IMG/VR virus record: IMGVR_UViG_3300030329_003230
Span: 23,401-87,400 of that record
DNA: 64,000 nucleotides
DNA from: a virus
Reading direction: 5' to 3' (one strand)
The translations under genes were made by a program, and so were the position numbers. Below the pieces are notes generated by a model. The model did not search any database and was not told where the DNA came from. It saw nothing but the letters and a program-made list of their open reading frames with translations. This document shows positions 48,947 to 58,839 of the stretch, one piece after another. Within the stretch, counting starts at the first letter, position 1. The number at the start of each line of letters is the position of its first letter.

Positions 48947-49585
48947 TTATTCACCTACTAATTCATCTATTTGTCCTATTTTACCCTTGAGCTCTGTTAA
49001 TAATATGAATAGTTTTTCCTCGGCAGTCGTAGTATCAGCGCTTGGGGGCGTTATCTCCCAACCTTTAGAGGTTAATGAAATTATATCTTTTTCACTCAAT
49101 GTTACTAAAGGTCCACTTCTCATCATACTAGGAACTCTTGGTTTAGGTATGTATTTTTTAAATTCTAAACCATGTTTTTCAGCAATAACTTGTTGCTCTA
49201 ACATTTCCATTTGTTTGAATAAAGAAGAGTGCCTTGGGCAATAAGTCCCTCTCAGCGGCCTACCTTTATTAACGTGAGATAAAGGAATAGGGGGCCTTAG
49301 ATTATCGCCGGGTTCCCAAACATGATGAACTCCACAAACAACGCATCTATCTCTAATGTTAAATCTAAATCCATATTTCTTGAATAAGAACTTCTTTTTC
49401 TCAGGAAGTAACACTTTCTTGAGTTCTTTCATTTGTTTTTTAACATCAAGCGATTTGAACTCATAAACAAAAATAGGGCCAGCGAGCCGAGCGTTATGGC
49501 TTACTCTAGCAGAATTAATCATTTTATCCATAGAACTATCGTTCATACCTATAATATTAGGTGTAAATACCATTTGTTGCGTCAT
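48947..49585 (-). CDS. Zn-binding protein of the GTPase operon
   Basis: CVVCGVHH...YCPRH, C-terminal helix. Confidence 0.6.
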   Translation of the reverse strand: MTQQMVFTPNIIGMNDSSMDKMINSARVSHNARLAGPIFVYEFKSLDVKKQMKELKKVLLPEKKKFLFKKYGFRFNIRDRCVVCGVHHVWEPGDNLRPPIPLSHVNKGRPLRGTYCPRHSSLFKQMEMLEQQVIAEKHGLEFKKYIPKPRVPSMMRSGPLVTLSEKDIISLTSKGWEITPPSADTTTAEEKLFILLTELKGKIGQIDELVGE

Positions 49586-49586
49586 A

Positions 49587-50264
49587 TTAATACTCCTTAA
49601 CCATTGTCATTATTCCTCTGTAGACCATTTCGGGGTCCGACTTGGCAGATACGATGTATTTGAAACAAGGTATCCCTTTATCCTGTAAACGTTGCATACC
49701 GAGCCTGAATGGTTCAAAGATGGGGTGTTTATCGATGGACCCGTCGAATTCATAATTATCTTTCCATAAATCGTACTTATTAGCCCATATGCCTACGGCT
49801 ATTGGGAAGTCCTTTTCCTTCTTCTTTTTAGATTTATTCTTATTTAATCTCCAATACTCATCACAAATTGTATCGACCATAAATTGCCACCCTAATTGAT
49901 TCTCCAAATTATATGCTTCTCTTAAGTGCCTATCATCAATCATGAATATGATATATTTGACATGTCTATTACGCATATCTTTTTGCCAAGCATCCCAATA
50001 GTAAGACTGCCCCCCTACATCTGCGGTTTTTATTGTTCTAGAATCTTTATCTATTTTCACTACTTTTCTAGTGGTTCTGTTTAGCCCAACTGTTCTTTCA
50101 GCAATATTAGGTACTTCCCCTCTTGTTCTTAGTTGATGATGTAATGTTGTTTTTCCAACTTTAGAAGCACCATATACTCCAAAATTTAATGCGTGTAATC
50201 TTTGATATAATTTAGCGGCGGCTTCTGCTAAAAGAATAGAAAAGCCTGTTAATAAAGTAGCCAT
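49587..50264 (-). CDS. Arf/Sar-like small GTPase
   Basis: G1 GASKVGKT, G2 RTVG, G3 DVGGQ, IIFMIDD, G4 ANKYD, G5 SAK; hydrophobic/amphipathic N-terminal helix. Confidence 0.88.
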   Translation of the reverse strand: MATLLTGFSILLAEAAAKLYQRLHALNFGVYGASKVGKTTLHHQLRTRGEVPNIAERTVGLNRTTRKVVKIDKDSRTIKTADVGGQSYYWDAWQKDMRNRHVKYIIFMIDDRHLREAYNLENQLGWQFMVDTICDEYWRLNKNKSKKKKEKDFPIAVGIWANKYDLWKDNYEFDGSIDKHPIFEPFRLGMQRLQDKGIPCFKYIVSAKSDPEMVYRGIMTMVKEY

Positions 50265-50495
50265 TTAACCCCATCCGAATAGCCCCTTAACCCTATCAAC
50301 AAACATACCTAAGAAATCAATTCCATTAGCACCCATTATATTTCCTATAATGAAAAAAGCAGTAGAAGCAAGAACACCCCAAAGTAATGCTCTTATTTTA
50401 ATGAAAAAAACATCAGCAGAGTGGGCTCTTGATAAGTCGTAAGCTAGAGATTGCTCATCTACGCCTAATAATCGGTCTAACATTTTTATCACCAA
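50265..50495 (-). CDS. Small membrane protein
   Basis: ALLWGVLASTAFFIIGNIMG TM segment plus an amphipathic tail. Confidence 0.65.
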   Translation of the reverse strand: MVIKMLDRLLGVDEQSLAYDLSRAHSADVFFIKIRALLWGVLASTAFFIIGNIMGANGIDFLGMFVDRVKGLFGWG

Positions 50496-50505
50496 TCATG
50501 AATTA

Positions 50506-50892
50506 TCATTCCATTGCCTTTAGAAATTGTTCAGAGACTTCATCATAAGGTCCACCATCCCCTGAAGCCCTATAATAATTTAAATTTCTAGAATTCATCG
50601 TTTCACGAATCTTTTGCCTCTGAGAATCATCTCTATTTCTTTTCTGCCAATATAATTCTATTTTTCTATTCAATAACCACGTCTCTAATCTTTCGTTTAC
50701 CGCTAAATCGAATAGAGCTTTTTGTAGCATAATTACACCTACCGTAACTAACGCAAATAGTATAGCGTGAGATATCGGTGGGAAAGGTAACGCTGCTCCA
50801 TATACCGAGTAGAAGTAAACATTCAGTCCAGAAACTGCTCCTACATACATTATCGTCATTATCAGTCTTGTGTCTTTATCTATTGCTGCCAT
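50506..50892 (-). CDS. Two-TM membrane protein (holin-like topology)
   Basis: TM1 LIMTIMYVGAVSGLNVYF, TM2 AILFALVTVGVIML, charged C-terminus. Confidence 0.65.
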   Translation of the reverse strand: MAAIDKDTRLIMTIMYVGAVSGLNVYFYSVYGAALPFPPISHAILFALVTVGVIMLQKALFDLAVNERLETWLLNRKIELYWQKRNRDDSQRQKIRETMNSRNLNYYRASGDGGPYDEVSEQFLKAME

Positions 50893-50915
50893 TCATATTC
50901 CTCATATTTTATCCC

Positions 50916-51233
50916 TTAATTAAATTCAACAGTAAAGGTTGTTCCTGTTCCGCTAACATCTGTTACGTCTGCGAATAATCCAGTAGTGAATCTTACTCCA
51001 TGCATATCTGCTTCGTTATACGAGTCTCCTTCAGAAGCTAAACCAACATATAACATACCTAACATGTTAGCATCACTACATGCTCCTTGAGTTAAACAAT
51101 CATGAATAGTTACATATCCGGTGTCCGTTCCAGTTGCATAACCGTGAATACTGATTAATTTCCCACCACCAGTATAAATGAGAGTATCAGCACTAATTGC
51201 ACCACTACTTCTACATCCACCTATACCCGACAT
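50916..51233 (-). CDS. Small virion protein, paralog B
   Basis: MSGIGGCRSSG...EADMHGVRF; tandem paralog of 51254-51586. Confidence 0.65.
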   Translation of the reverse strand: MSGIGGCRSSGAISADTLIYTGGGKLISIHGYATGTDTGYVTIHDCLTQGACSDANMLGMLYVGLASEGDSYNEADMHGVRFTTGLFADVTDVSGTGTTFTVEFN

Positions 51234-51253
51234 ATTCTCTCCTCCTTTCAATA

Positions 51254-51586
51254 TTAATTAAATGTCACTAAAAATTTAGTTGCAGTGCCTGCCACATGGG
51301 TAACTTCCGCAAATATACCATTTTTGAACGTGACACCATGCATATCTGCTTCAACAAAATTACCAGCCGTCGCTGTGGTTCCAACATATAATACTCCAAT
51401 AGTATTAGCAGCATTTGCAGCACCAGCAGTTAAACAGTCATGTAAAACAACATATGCTGAATTATCAACTGGTCCACCAGTAACAAAAGACATACCAGTA
51501 ATACTGATTAATTTGCCAGAACCAGTGAATAGTAATGAATCACCCGAAAAGGCTCCAGTACTTCTACAGCCTCCTATACCAGTCAT
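51254..51586 (-). CDS. Small virion protein, paralog A
   Basis: MTGIGGCRSTG...EADMHGVTF. Confidence 0.65.
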   Translation of the reverse strand: MTGIGGCRSTGAFSGDSLLFTGSGKLISITGMSFVTGGPVDNSAYVVLHDCLTAGAANAANTIGVLYVGTTATAGNFVEADMHGVTFKNGIFAEVTHVAGTATKFLVTFN

Positions 51587-51632
51587 TTACAATACCTCAC
51601 TGTGGAAACCTAAAGAACGATATCGTATAAGT

Positions 51633-52037
51633 CTACTTATCGCTCTTTTCTTCTTCAGAAGCAGTTTCTTTTTCTTCTTTAGCAGGCTTTTCTTGCTTTT
51701 TAGGTGCTGGTTTTTTGGCCTTACCTGAGCCTGTTAATGTTGCTTTTGCTTTTGAAGCTACAGTTTTTTTCTTTGGTGGGAATAAATGGTCCACAACTTT
51801 ATCCGCTGATACGTTTAATTTAATTCCAATGTTTTCTAAAACACTTTCAGAAACATCCTTGAAATCAGATTTCAGAAACTCAACAGTAATGTTGTGGGAA
51901 TCCATATACAACATTCCTGATTTAACAGAAATATCAGTTTTAACATCAACTTCTAGAAGAACCCCACAAAGGGTGATGAAACCACCACCACTTTGTTGAG
52001 TTGCTTCAGTTAAAGTAGCCTTAGCCACTTTAATCAC
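51633..52037 (-). CDS. Hypothetical protein with a Lys/Glu-rich tail
   Basis: ORF downstream of the capsid genes. Confidence 0.55.
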   Translation of the reverse strand: MIKVAKATLTEATQQSGGGFITLCGVLLEVDVKTDISVKSGMLYMDSHNITVEFLKSDFKDVSESVLENIGIKLNVSADKVVDHLFPPKKKTVASKAKATLTGSGKAKKPAPKKQEKPAKEEKETASEEEKSDK

Positions 52038-52038
52038 C

Positions 52039-52620
52039 TCAAATTAATCCAGTTACTTTTAGCGTAACAACGCCAATATCACCGGATTGTAGAGATGCAG
52101 CCAAAAGAGCGGCTGAACCAGTTGTATATGCATAGATGTAAAAAGACGTTTTATCAGCACTGATATCTCCAATTACGAAATTACAGTCGTGATTTTCCTG
52201 TCCAACTACTTCTACACTACTAACACTGCTAAGTCCAAAGCTTGAAGCCAATACTTTTTCTCCAGCGTGAACGATTTGTTCATCTCCTCCACCACTGTTA
52301 TCTGCTACTGCTTGGGGAGTTGTTAGTACTGTAGCGGTTAAAACTGAAACTTTAATCACGTCATCATTGTTGTTAGAATGTGAACCAGATATAACTACAT
52401 GGTCGCCCACAACGAAACCGTCATTAATATAACTTCCAGCAGTCCTTGTATATGTTTTACCAGAAGACGCTGCGTTAATTGTTTGACTAGCATCAGTTGT
52501 AGTTGTTCCAGTTCTATAACTGGTGATATTACATTCACCGACAACCGAGTATTCATCTCCAATAACTGATGGCCTAGAATTTCCTTTATGGTCGCTTTTT
52601 AGTGTAACTGTATTTGTCAT
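52039..52620 (-). CDS. Probable capsid decoration/minor capsid protein
   Basis: Immediately after the MCP; beta-rich with a GFVVGDHVVISG insert. Confidence 0.5.
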   Translation of the reverse strand: MTNTVTLKSDHKGNSRPSVIGDEYSVVGECNITSYRTGTTTTDASQTINAASSGKTYTRTAGSYINDGFVVGDHVVISGSHSNNNDDVIKVSVLTATVLTTPQAVADNSGGGDEQIVHAGEKVLASSFGLSSVSSVEVVGQENHDCNFVIGDISADKTSFYIYAYTTGSAALLAASLQSGDIGVVTLKVTGLI

Positions 52621-52656
52621 ATTTTTTCCTCCTTTAATGTCTCCTAAAGATAAGGC

Positions 52657-54033
52657 TCAGAAAAGGTTAGTAATCTTGCCTTGTCCCTTGAAGAAGGTAC
52701 ATCCAGTCTCACCCATTGTTCGGTAAAGTCCTCGGTTTCCGAGTACTCCAACACCGAATGGATTTCCGTGGCTGATACCGTCCTCGAAATACTGAGTTGG
52801 TTTTAGCGTAGCGAACCAAAGGTGGTCAGTGTCAAGCAGAAGAATGTCAGAAATCTTCGTACCTGTGTAAGCACCAGTTGTTGGCATATCTTTAGCTGGA
52901 ATTAGAGGGATATCGTAGTATGTTGCAACACGGAATCCAACTTCTGCACCTTTTACACCTTTTACACCGTTATGGCTAGGCATTACTTCTTTAGAGTCCA
53001 TGAATCTCTCTTGGCTCTGAAGTAGGTCAGAAATTGCCTGAATTGTGTCGTATCCTGTAAGCATAACTTTAGGAGCTCCACCGTTCAATCGCACATTCTG
53101 AATGACTGTGTTCATGATGCTTAGGGTGAATTGTCGGCCAGCAGTTGCATAGCTTCCACCAAAGTTTACTTCAGCATCCAAGTAAGATGCAGCACTTCGG
53201 GTTGCGCCGTAAATGATTTTTGCATCATCGTCAGTGGTTGCGTAGTTGGTTGTTCCACCAATGTTGGAAAGGTTGTGAATACCAACAGTGTCTGCCAATT
53301 CTCCGAAAGAGCTGCAAATCTTCATCAAAGATGTGTATTGTTCACGGATTCTTCCATTTGTTACGGAAACATCAGCACCGAAGTCATCGTACATTTCTAA
53401 TGGCATGACGAGCATCTTCGATTGAGATTCAGCGTGGAATTTACCCATATCTTCACGGATAAGTTTCCTAAGGTCGCCTACTCCATCGTCAATCTTTGCC
53501 ATTTCAGCAGCTAATTCGCTGTAATCGAACATATGTGCAACGATTTTCGGATTCATGTATAGGTTAGCATATTCTGGAGCCATTGCAAGAAGAGATGATG
53601 AACCGAGAGCCTCGTTTTCACCAACTCCACCAATGATATCTGCATCAGGTGCAGCAGTTCCTTGAGCGGCAGTTCCAGCAGTTGTGGAAATTCCGAATGC
53701 AGCAGCGCTTCCACCCTGCGGCCTGTTCGTCATTACTCTCCATCCACTTGCTGTGTATGGCCTCTTTGGTAGAATTGAAAGTGGGTTGATTTCTTGGTTA
53801 ATCATTGACCAAACTTTCTGTCCGTAAATAACGTTGTAAAGGTTTGCAGCACCAGTTGTTGCTGTACCGTTAAGGTTAATTGCGTCACCAGAGGAACCGG
53901 GGAAACCGCTTCCAATAGAACCGACAACTCCAGCAGCCTTCAATAGATTGTTTCCTGCCAATCCACCAAAGCTACCGTAAGTTGCGGCTTCCAAATCTTT
54001 CATTGTGTTAATGTACTTTGTCATCTTTTTCAT
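52657..54033 (-). CDS. Major capsid protein (HK97 fold)
   Basis: Follows the protease/scaffold; distinct highly-expressed codon usage; YGQKVW...LPK...GWR, PKIVAH, YDIPLIP, LDTDHL, TMGE...F..QGKI. Confidence 0.85.
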   Translation of the reverse strand: MKKMTKYINTMKDLEAATYGSFGGLAGNNLLKAAGVVGSIGSGFPGSSGDAINLNGTATTGAANLYNVIYGQKVWSMINQEINPLSILPKRPYTASGWRVMTNRPQGGSAAAFGISTTAGTAAQGTAAPDADIIGGVGENEALGSSSLLAMAPEYANLYMNPKIVAHMFDYSELAAEMAKIDDGVGDLRKLIREDMGKFHAESQSKMLVMPLEMYDDFGADVSVTNGRIREQYTSLMKICSSFGELADTVGIHNLSNIGGTTNYATTDDDAKIIYGATRSAASYLDAEVNFGGSYATAGRQFTLSIMNTVIQNVRLNGGAPKVMLTGYDTIQAISDLLQSQERFMDSKEVMPSHNGVKGVKGAEVGFRVATYYDIPLIPAKDMPTTGAYTGTKISDILLLDTDHLWFATLKPTQYFEDGISHGNPFGVGVLGNRGLYRTMGETGCTFFKGQGKITNLF

Positions 54034-54063
54034 CTCCTTATTTTTATTTTTGTTTTATCTAGC

Positions 54064-55356
54064 TTAGAGTTGAGCCTCCAATCTCTCAACTAGAGCGTTA
54101 ATGTCATTCCAATCCATTTTTGCTATTTCATCGCTGTCTGGAAGGTTAAGTTCTGATACCGCTTCTTCTTGTTTGCGGATAACTTCTTCTTTGTTCTCAT
54201 TAAGAGTAGATAGAAGGTCAGTGAATTGTTTCCTTAATTCTGCTACTTCTGCTTTAGCATCGTAGTTTGCTTTCTCGATTTCATCTTGCTTAGCAACCAT
54301 TTCAGAATCGAATCGGGCTTGGAAATTATCTTTAATTGCATCATAAGCAGCCTTTTCTAGTTGTTCTGCTTTAAACTCTGCATAAGCTTTCTCAAGGTTT
54401 TCTGGAGAAAGGTCCAGAGTAGATTGGTTATCGAACTTAGCCATAAAGTCGCTATCCAATTGGTCGTGCTCAGAGCTTGGGGTTTCCCCTGCTCCTCCAC
54501 CTTCAATTTCTCCAGCATCTAAACTAGGTTTGGCTTTAACCTCAGCATCTTGATACTCCATCATTTTCTCTTCTTCTGATGGAACCTCTTCTTCAGTTGC
54601 GGTATCCATCAGTTCTTCTTCTTCTTTTACTACTTCCTCGGTCATATTATTTGCCTCGTTGGATGATTCTTGGTTTTTATTCAAGTTCTTATTAAAGCTT
54701 TCCTCTAATTCTATTGAATTTGAAGAAATATCTTCTTCTTTATTAAGTTCCGAATCATTATTCTTCTCTAATAGTTCGTTTAATGCGTTTAATGCCTTTT
54801 CTATTTCAGTCATGTCTTTTTCTCCTTTTTCCATTTTTAATATGTCAAACTTCGCTTCAGGATTAATTCCTTTTTCACAAATTGTAACTTCATGGAGTTC
54901 TAGTTTGGAGATTTCATTATAATCTCCGTATTCTTTATGAGATTTCTTTTTCTTTTCTAACGCTTGGCCACCAATACTAAAAGAACGAAGAGTACCATCT
55001 CTTATTTCTCGACCAACTTCTTTTGCTTTCTCAATGTCTTCTCTCATTTTAATAACAACGAAAAACCCAACATCATCTACTTCGGTTTTCCAAAGTTTAC
55101 CGGATTTATCTCTATATTGAGGAATAACTTCCCCAACCTGAACATTAGAATGATTAGTCATAACATTTCTAAATTTGGTAATTTCCATATATTTACCAAC
55201 GGCTTCATCTAAAGCATCTAAAGTAATCAAATCGTTTTGTTTATCTACCATTTCAATAGAAGCATAACCACCTATTACCAAATCATCAGATTTTAGAATA
55301 CTAAAAGGGTCATGTCTAACTGGGTTAATTGACCTCATAATAGCAGCAGAACTCAT
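54064..55356 (-). CDS. Prohead protease with C-terminal acidic scaffold domain
   Basis: IGGYAS...VDKQND, H..VQVG, SFSIGG, LHEVTIC..GINPEA; coiled acidic C-terminal half. Confidence 0.88.
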   Translation of the reverse strand: MSSAAIMRSINPVRHDPFSILKSDDLVIGGYASIEMVDKQNDLITLDALDEAVGKYMEITKFRNVMTNHSNVQVGEVIPQYRDKSGKLWKTEVDDVGFFVVIKMREDIEKAKEVGREIRDGTLRSFSIGGQALEKKKKSHKEYGDYNEISKLELHEVTICEKGINPEAKFDILKMEKGEKDMTEIEKALNALNELLEKNNDSELNKEEDISSNSIELEESFNKNLNKNQESSNEANNMTEEVVKEEEELMDTATEEEVPSEEEKMMEYQDAEVKAKPSLDAGEIEGGGAGETPSSEHDQLDSDFMAKFDNQSTLDLSPENLEKAYAEFKAEQLEKAAYDAIKDNFQARFDSEMVAKQDEIEKANYDAKAEVAELRKQFTDLLSTLNENKEEVIRKQEEAVSELNLPDSDEIAKMDWNDINALVERLEAQL

Positions 55357-55383
55357 GAATGAGGTTTTCTAGCGTTTACTATA

Positions 55384-57867
55384 TTAATTGTTCCTGAATT
55401 TTAATTTAGAAAACTTATCTTTACTAATATCCCAAACCCCTTCATCAGTATCAGAGTCAACAGGTTCAGTTTCTAAACCAGTCCAAGCTAACCAAATATC
55501 TTCACCGTCAACGGGAATAACCCTAACATGAAATTTAGTATCAAATTTATTTCCTTCTAACATATATTCATGATAACCGTCTCTTTGAACTCCTAATTCT
55601 ACTTTACCGGAATCAACTAATTTGCCCTTTCCATATTTGTCTTCCACTTGAGCAGGGAATTTACCTGATTTACCAAAAAGAGAAAATATATCTTCATCAT
55701 CTTCTATATCTATTTCCCATCCAAATAATTTATCACTCACTTTGAAAAAGATACATAGGTTATCATTATCCTTTCTATAAATTTTAAATTCTCCTTTTCT
55801 ATATTCATCAGGAGTTTTGTAATCTTTCTCTATCATATCATCAGCAGCAGAAAACACTCCTTCTTGTTCATCATAAGTTATATCTTCTAGTTGTTTCATC
55901 CAATCTTTTAATTTTTTACTATCAGACTCAAAAAGATTACTAAAATAATTCATATGTTTTTCTCTTACAAAATCTTCTATTTTATCAAAAGAAACTCTAC
56001 CAGTTTCCATTAAGAAATTTTTAACAGCCAGTCTGAACTTTGCTTTTTGTGTTTTCAACATATCTTCTATCTGAGTTTTCCAAACATCAATATCTAGTAT
56101 AGCATTTTTAGACATCAAATTATTTTCTTCAAACCCATAAAACGTAAACCCATCTAAATCTGATTTAATTATGGCAGTGGCTTCACCGTGTATAATATCT
56201 GAAATTTTATATCCTTTCTCTAAAGCTTCTACATTATAGTTAAGAGATTTCTTAGTATCTTGAGATAATAATTCAAGAGTGATGAGTTTTTCAGGTAATT
56301 CAACTTCAGGTATCTCAATAGGTTTAGCAGAGAATAACTTGTAGCCTCCGTTTTTATCTTTCTTTACTTCATCTATTTTAACTCGGATAATAGTACCTAC
56401 ATCAACATCTATTTTTGTATTCAGGGCTTTACCTACTTCCAAATATTTCCTATCATTAATCATTTTAGTATTTTTAAAATCATCATTATCCGATAATGGC
56501 CCAGCACCTAAAGTATAAGTGAACATATTAGATTTAGTAGTCTTTTTATCTAATACCATCATATCTAAATCAACGAATTTCTTCCACTTAATCCATTTAG
56601 GGTTCTTCTTAGTTCCAACAAAATAAGTAGATGTTAGGTCTTTTATTACTACCCCCTCAGCAGTTGGTATTTGCATAATTTCTTCTGAATATTCTTCTAC
56701 TTCCTTAATAGAATCAGCATAACGTGTATCTTTTTTAGAAGGGAAAGCTAGTTTCTCATCTGAATGAGTAGAATAATTATTGAAAAGTATAGTTAACCTT
56801 TCAGATAATTCTTCTTCATGTAACTCTCTATCTTCATGCCTCATAATATCGAATACATGTACTCTTAATTCTGAATCTTCCGCTTCCTTTCCTTTGAATA
56901 TTCTGGCCACAACTTCTGCTCTATGTAATGGTTCTTCCTTTTGGAAAAGCATTAATTCTGCATCAAGGATACAATCCCCAAAGTGTTTAGCAGCCATTAT
57001 TTTCTTTTGTTCTGGACATTTATCGGTGATGTCTTTACCATTGAATGAATAAATCTTAATTTGTTCATCTATCTTATGAATCTGAATTCTCATTCCATCA
57101 TATTTTTCTTGAACAACCCATTTTCCTGTAAATCCCTTTAATTCTTTCAAATCATCTATCTCAAAAATCCTATACATTGGTTTGTTAGGTATTAAAAAAT
57201 GAATATCAGATTTCTGAGCTTTTTCTAAACTAACCGTTTTATTCCATTTAGATTTCCCATGATGAGACACAAATATATCTTCTAATAATTTAGCAGCAGC
57301 CTTGTATTTACCTTTAATTCTCTTAGTATCTTTACCATCCCCATAGTGTTCTACAATAAAATCAATGACATCTTTTTTAGATAAATTAAGACCTTTATAT
57401 CCTTCAGTAATATTATCTGGTTCTAAATCATTTTTTTCCCAAGCGCCGTCACTTAACGATTTATCATGATTTCTTATAGCCCAATGAATAAATTTAGCAA
57501 ATAAAGAGGGATTAGACATTAATTGGTCTAATACTTCTTCTCCGTATTTAATACTGAAAGGGTCTTTAACAATTCCAGAGGAGTACCTTAATTCTTTAAC
57601 TTGAGAATAAATATCCCTTGCAATGTCTGTTTCTACATTTTCAGCTTCGTCAGAAAATAAATTATCTTCATTAATTACTTTTTTAATTTCTTTACTGAAA
57701 TCATCTATGTCATCCCACTGTTCACGTAATATTTTAATCTCACTTATCCATTTCTTGCCATATTGTTTAGGGTCTGATAAAGCAGAAAGATATGACATTC
57801 GCATTTTTTCAAAAAATTGAATGACCCTTAGAGTTATTGGGGTATCTTTCGTAATAGAAACAGGCAC
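55384..57867 (-). CDS. Second ATP-dependent DNA ligase in the head module, with N-terminal extension and a LigD-phosphoesterase-like C-terminal domain
   Basis: QEKYDGMR, ILDAEL, FDIM, EGVVIK, WIKWK; C-terminal DSGKVELG...HEYMLEGNKF...W. Confidence 0.85.
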   Translation of the reverse strand: MPVSITKDTPITLRVIQFFEKMRMSYLSALSDPKQYGKKWISEIKILREQWDDIDDFSKEIKKVINEDNLFSDEAENVETDIARDIYSQVKELRYSSGIVKDPFSIKYGEEVLDQLMSNPSLFAKFIHWAIRNHDKSLSDGAWEKNDLEPDNITEGYKGLNLSKKDVIDFIVEHYGDGKDTKRIKGKYKAAAKLLEDIFVSHHGKSKWNKTVSLEKAQKSDIHFLIPNKPMYRIFEIDDLKELKGFTGKWVVQEKYDGMRIQIHKIDEQIKIYSFNGKDITDKCPEQKKIMAAKHFGDCILDAELMLFQKEEPLHRAEVVARIFKGKEAEDSELRVHVFDIMRHEDRELHEEELSERLTILFNNYSTHSDEKLAFPSKKDTRYADSIKEVEEYSEEIMQIPTAEGVVIKDLTSTYFVGTKKNPKWIKWKKFVDLDMMVLDKKTTKSNMFTYTLGAGPLSDNDDFKNTKMINDRKYLEVGKALNTKIDVDVGTIIRVKIDEVKKDKNGGYKLFSAKPIEIPEVELPEKLITLELLSQDTKKSLNYNVEALEKGYKISDIIHGEATAIIKSDLDGFTFYGFEENNLMSKNAILDIDVWKTQIEDMLKTQKAKFRLAVKNFLMETGRVSFDKIEDFVREKHMNYFSNLFESDSKKLKDWMKQLEDITYDEQEGVFSAADDMIEKDYKTPDEYRKGEFKIYRKDNDNLCIFFKVSDKLFGWEIDIEDDEDIFSLFGKSGKFPAQVEDKYGKGKLVDSGKVELGVQRDGYHEYMLEGNKFDTKFHVRVIPVDGEDIWLAWTGLETEPVDSDTDEGVWDISKDKFSKLKFRNN

Positions 57868-57877
57868 ACGAAATCAC

Positions 57878-58294
57878 CTAATCTTCTTGAATTCTTTTAG
57901 CGTCTGGTATAGATGCCTGTCTTCTTTGTCTCTCTTCATCAGATTCTGACCATCGCTCCCACCGAGCAGTAGCGGGGTGGGGGTAATGGGGAGTTGCTTT
58001 CATTCTATCCATTAATTTATTATATTCTCTTAAAAAATCAGGGTCAAATTTGTCTTTATATTTCTCCATTAAAGCGTCTAATTTATCTAAATCTCGTTTA
58101 ACTGATTTAGAAATATTACCACTTGCGTATTCTCTCTTTCCTTCCTTAACGGTAGTACCTTTACCATCAGCAAGATGTCCAGTTCCTAATACGGGAGTTG
58201 TGTCTTTCTGACCTTTTGTTCTTTCAGCCTTTACTTCTTCACCAATTACGAATTGCATCAATTTTTCTACATACTCTGTTCTTTCATTTGTCAT
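57878..58294 (-). CDS. Hypothetical head-region protein
   Basis: ORF in the late operon. Confidence 0.55.
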   Translation of the reverse strand: MTNERTEYVEKLMQFVIGEEVKAERTKGQKDTTPVLGTGHLADGKGTTVKEGKREYASGNISKSVKRDLDKLDALMEKYKDKFDPDFLREYNKLMDRMKATPHYPHPATARWERWSESDEERQRRQASIPDAKRIQED

Positions 58295-58295
58295 T

Positions 58296-58541
58296 TCAAT
58301 CTCCTCCTAATCTACTAACTAAATCGTTAATCTCATCCCAACTCATTTTAGCAATAGTATCTGAATCTGGAACATCGGACTTCTGACCCATTGCAGGAAC
58401 AGGAGAATCAATAGTAACAATACCTGATTTCATCAAGATATTATCATTATCAAATACAGTCTTCTCTATTTTCTTTATCCTTCCTACTAACTCTTTTAGT
58501 AGGTCTATCATTTCATTATTTTCTTCTGTCATATTATTCAC
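58296..58541 (-). CDS. Small protein sharing the scaffold C-terminal motif
   Basis: PDSDTIAKMSWDEINDLVSRL vs scaffold PDSDEIAKMDWNDINALVERL. Confidence 0.7.
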   Translation of the reverse strand: MNNMTEENNEMIDLLKELVGRIKKIEKTVFDNDNILMKSGIVTIDSPVPAMGQKSDVPDSDTIAKMSWDEINDLVSRLGGD

Positions 58542-58839
58542 CTAATCCATTAGAGAGTGTTAGTAAATTAAGTTCGATTTCACCTAGAAGATTTATCTTA
58601 CTTATGATATCATTGGGTATGCTTCCGTCAGCTACATCCCTGCCCTCGTATTTATCTAAATCCTTGAGTAGTGCAGAAACTTTTTTCTCAATCTTAGTAA
58701 TATATTCCTCGATGTTTTGTCCTTGCTTCTCTTTATTGAGGAATACTGTTGCCCGACCAACTTTGTTCTTTGATGAGGTGTACTCATCATATTCACCATC
58801 TTTTTGTTCTTTCTTTTTTATCTCATCTTTCCAGCTCAT
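58534..58839 (-). CDS. Head-region protein with MSWKDEIKK N-terminus
   Basis: Coupled ORF carrying the shared N-terminal motif. Confidence 0.6.
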   Translation of the reverse strand: MSWKDEIKKKEQKDGEYDEYTSSKNKVGRATVFLNKEKQGQNIEEYITKIEKKVSALLKDLDKYEGRDVADGSIPNDIISKINLLGEIELNLLTLSNGLGE

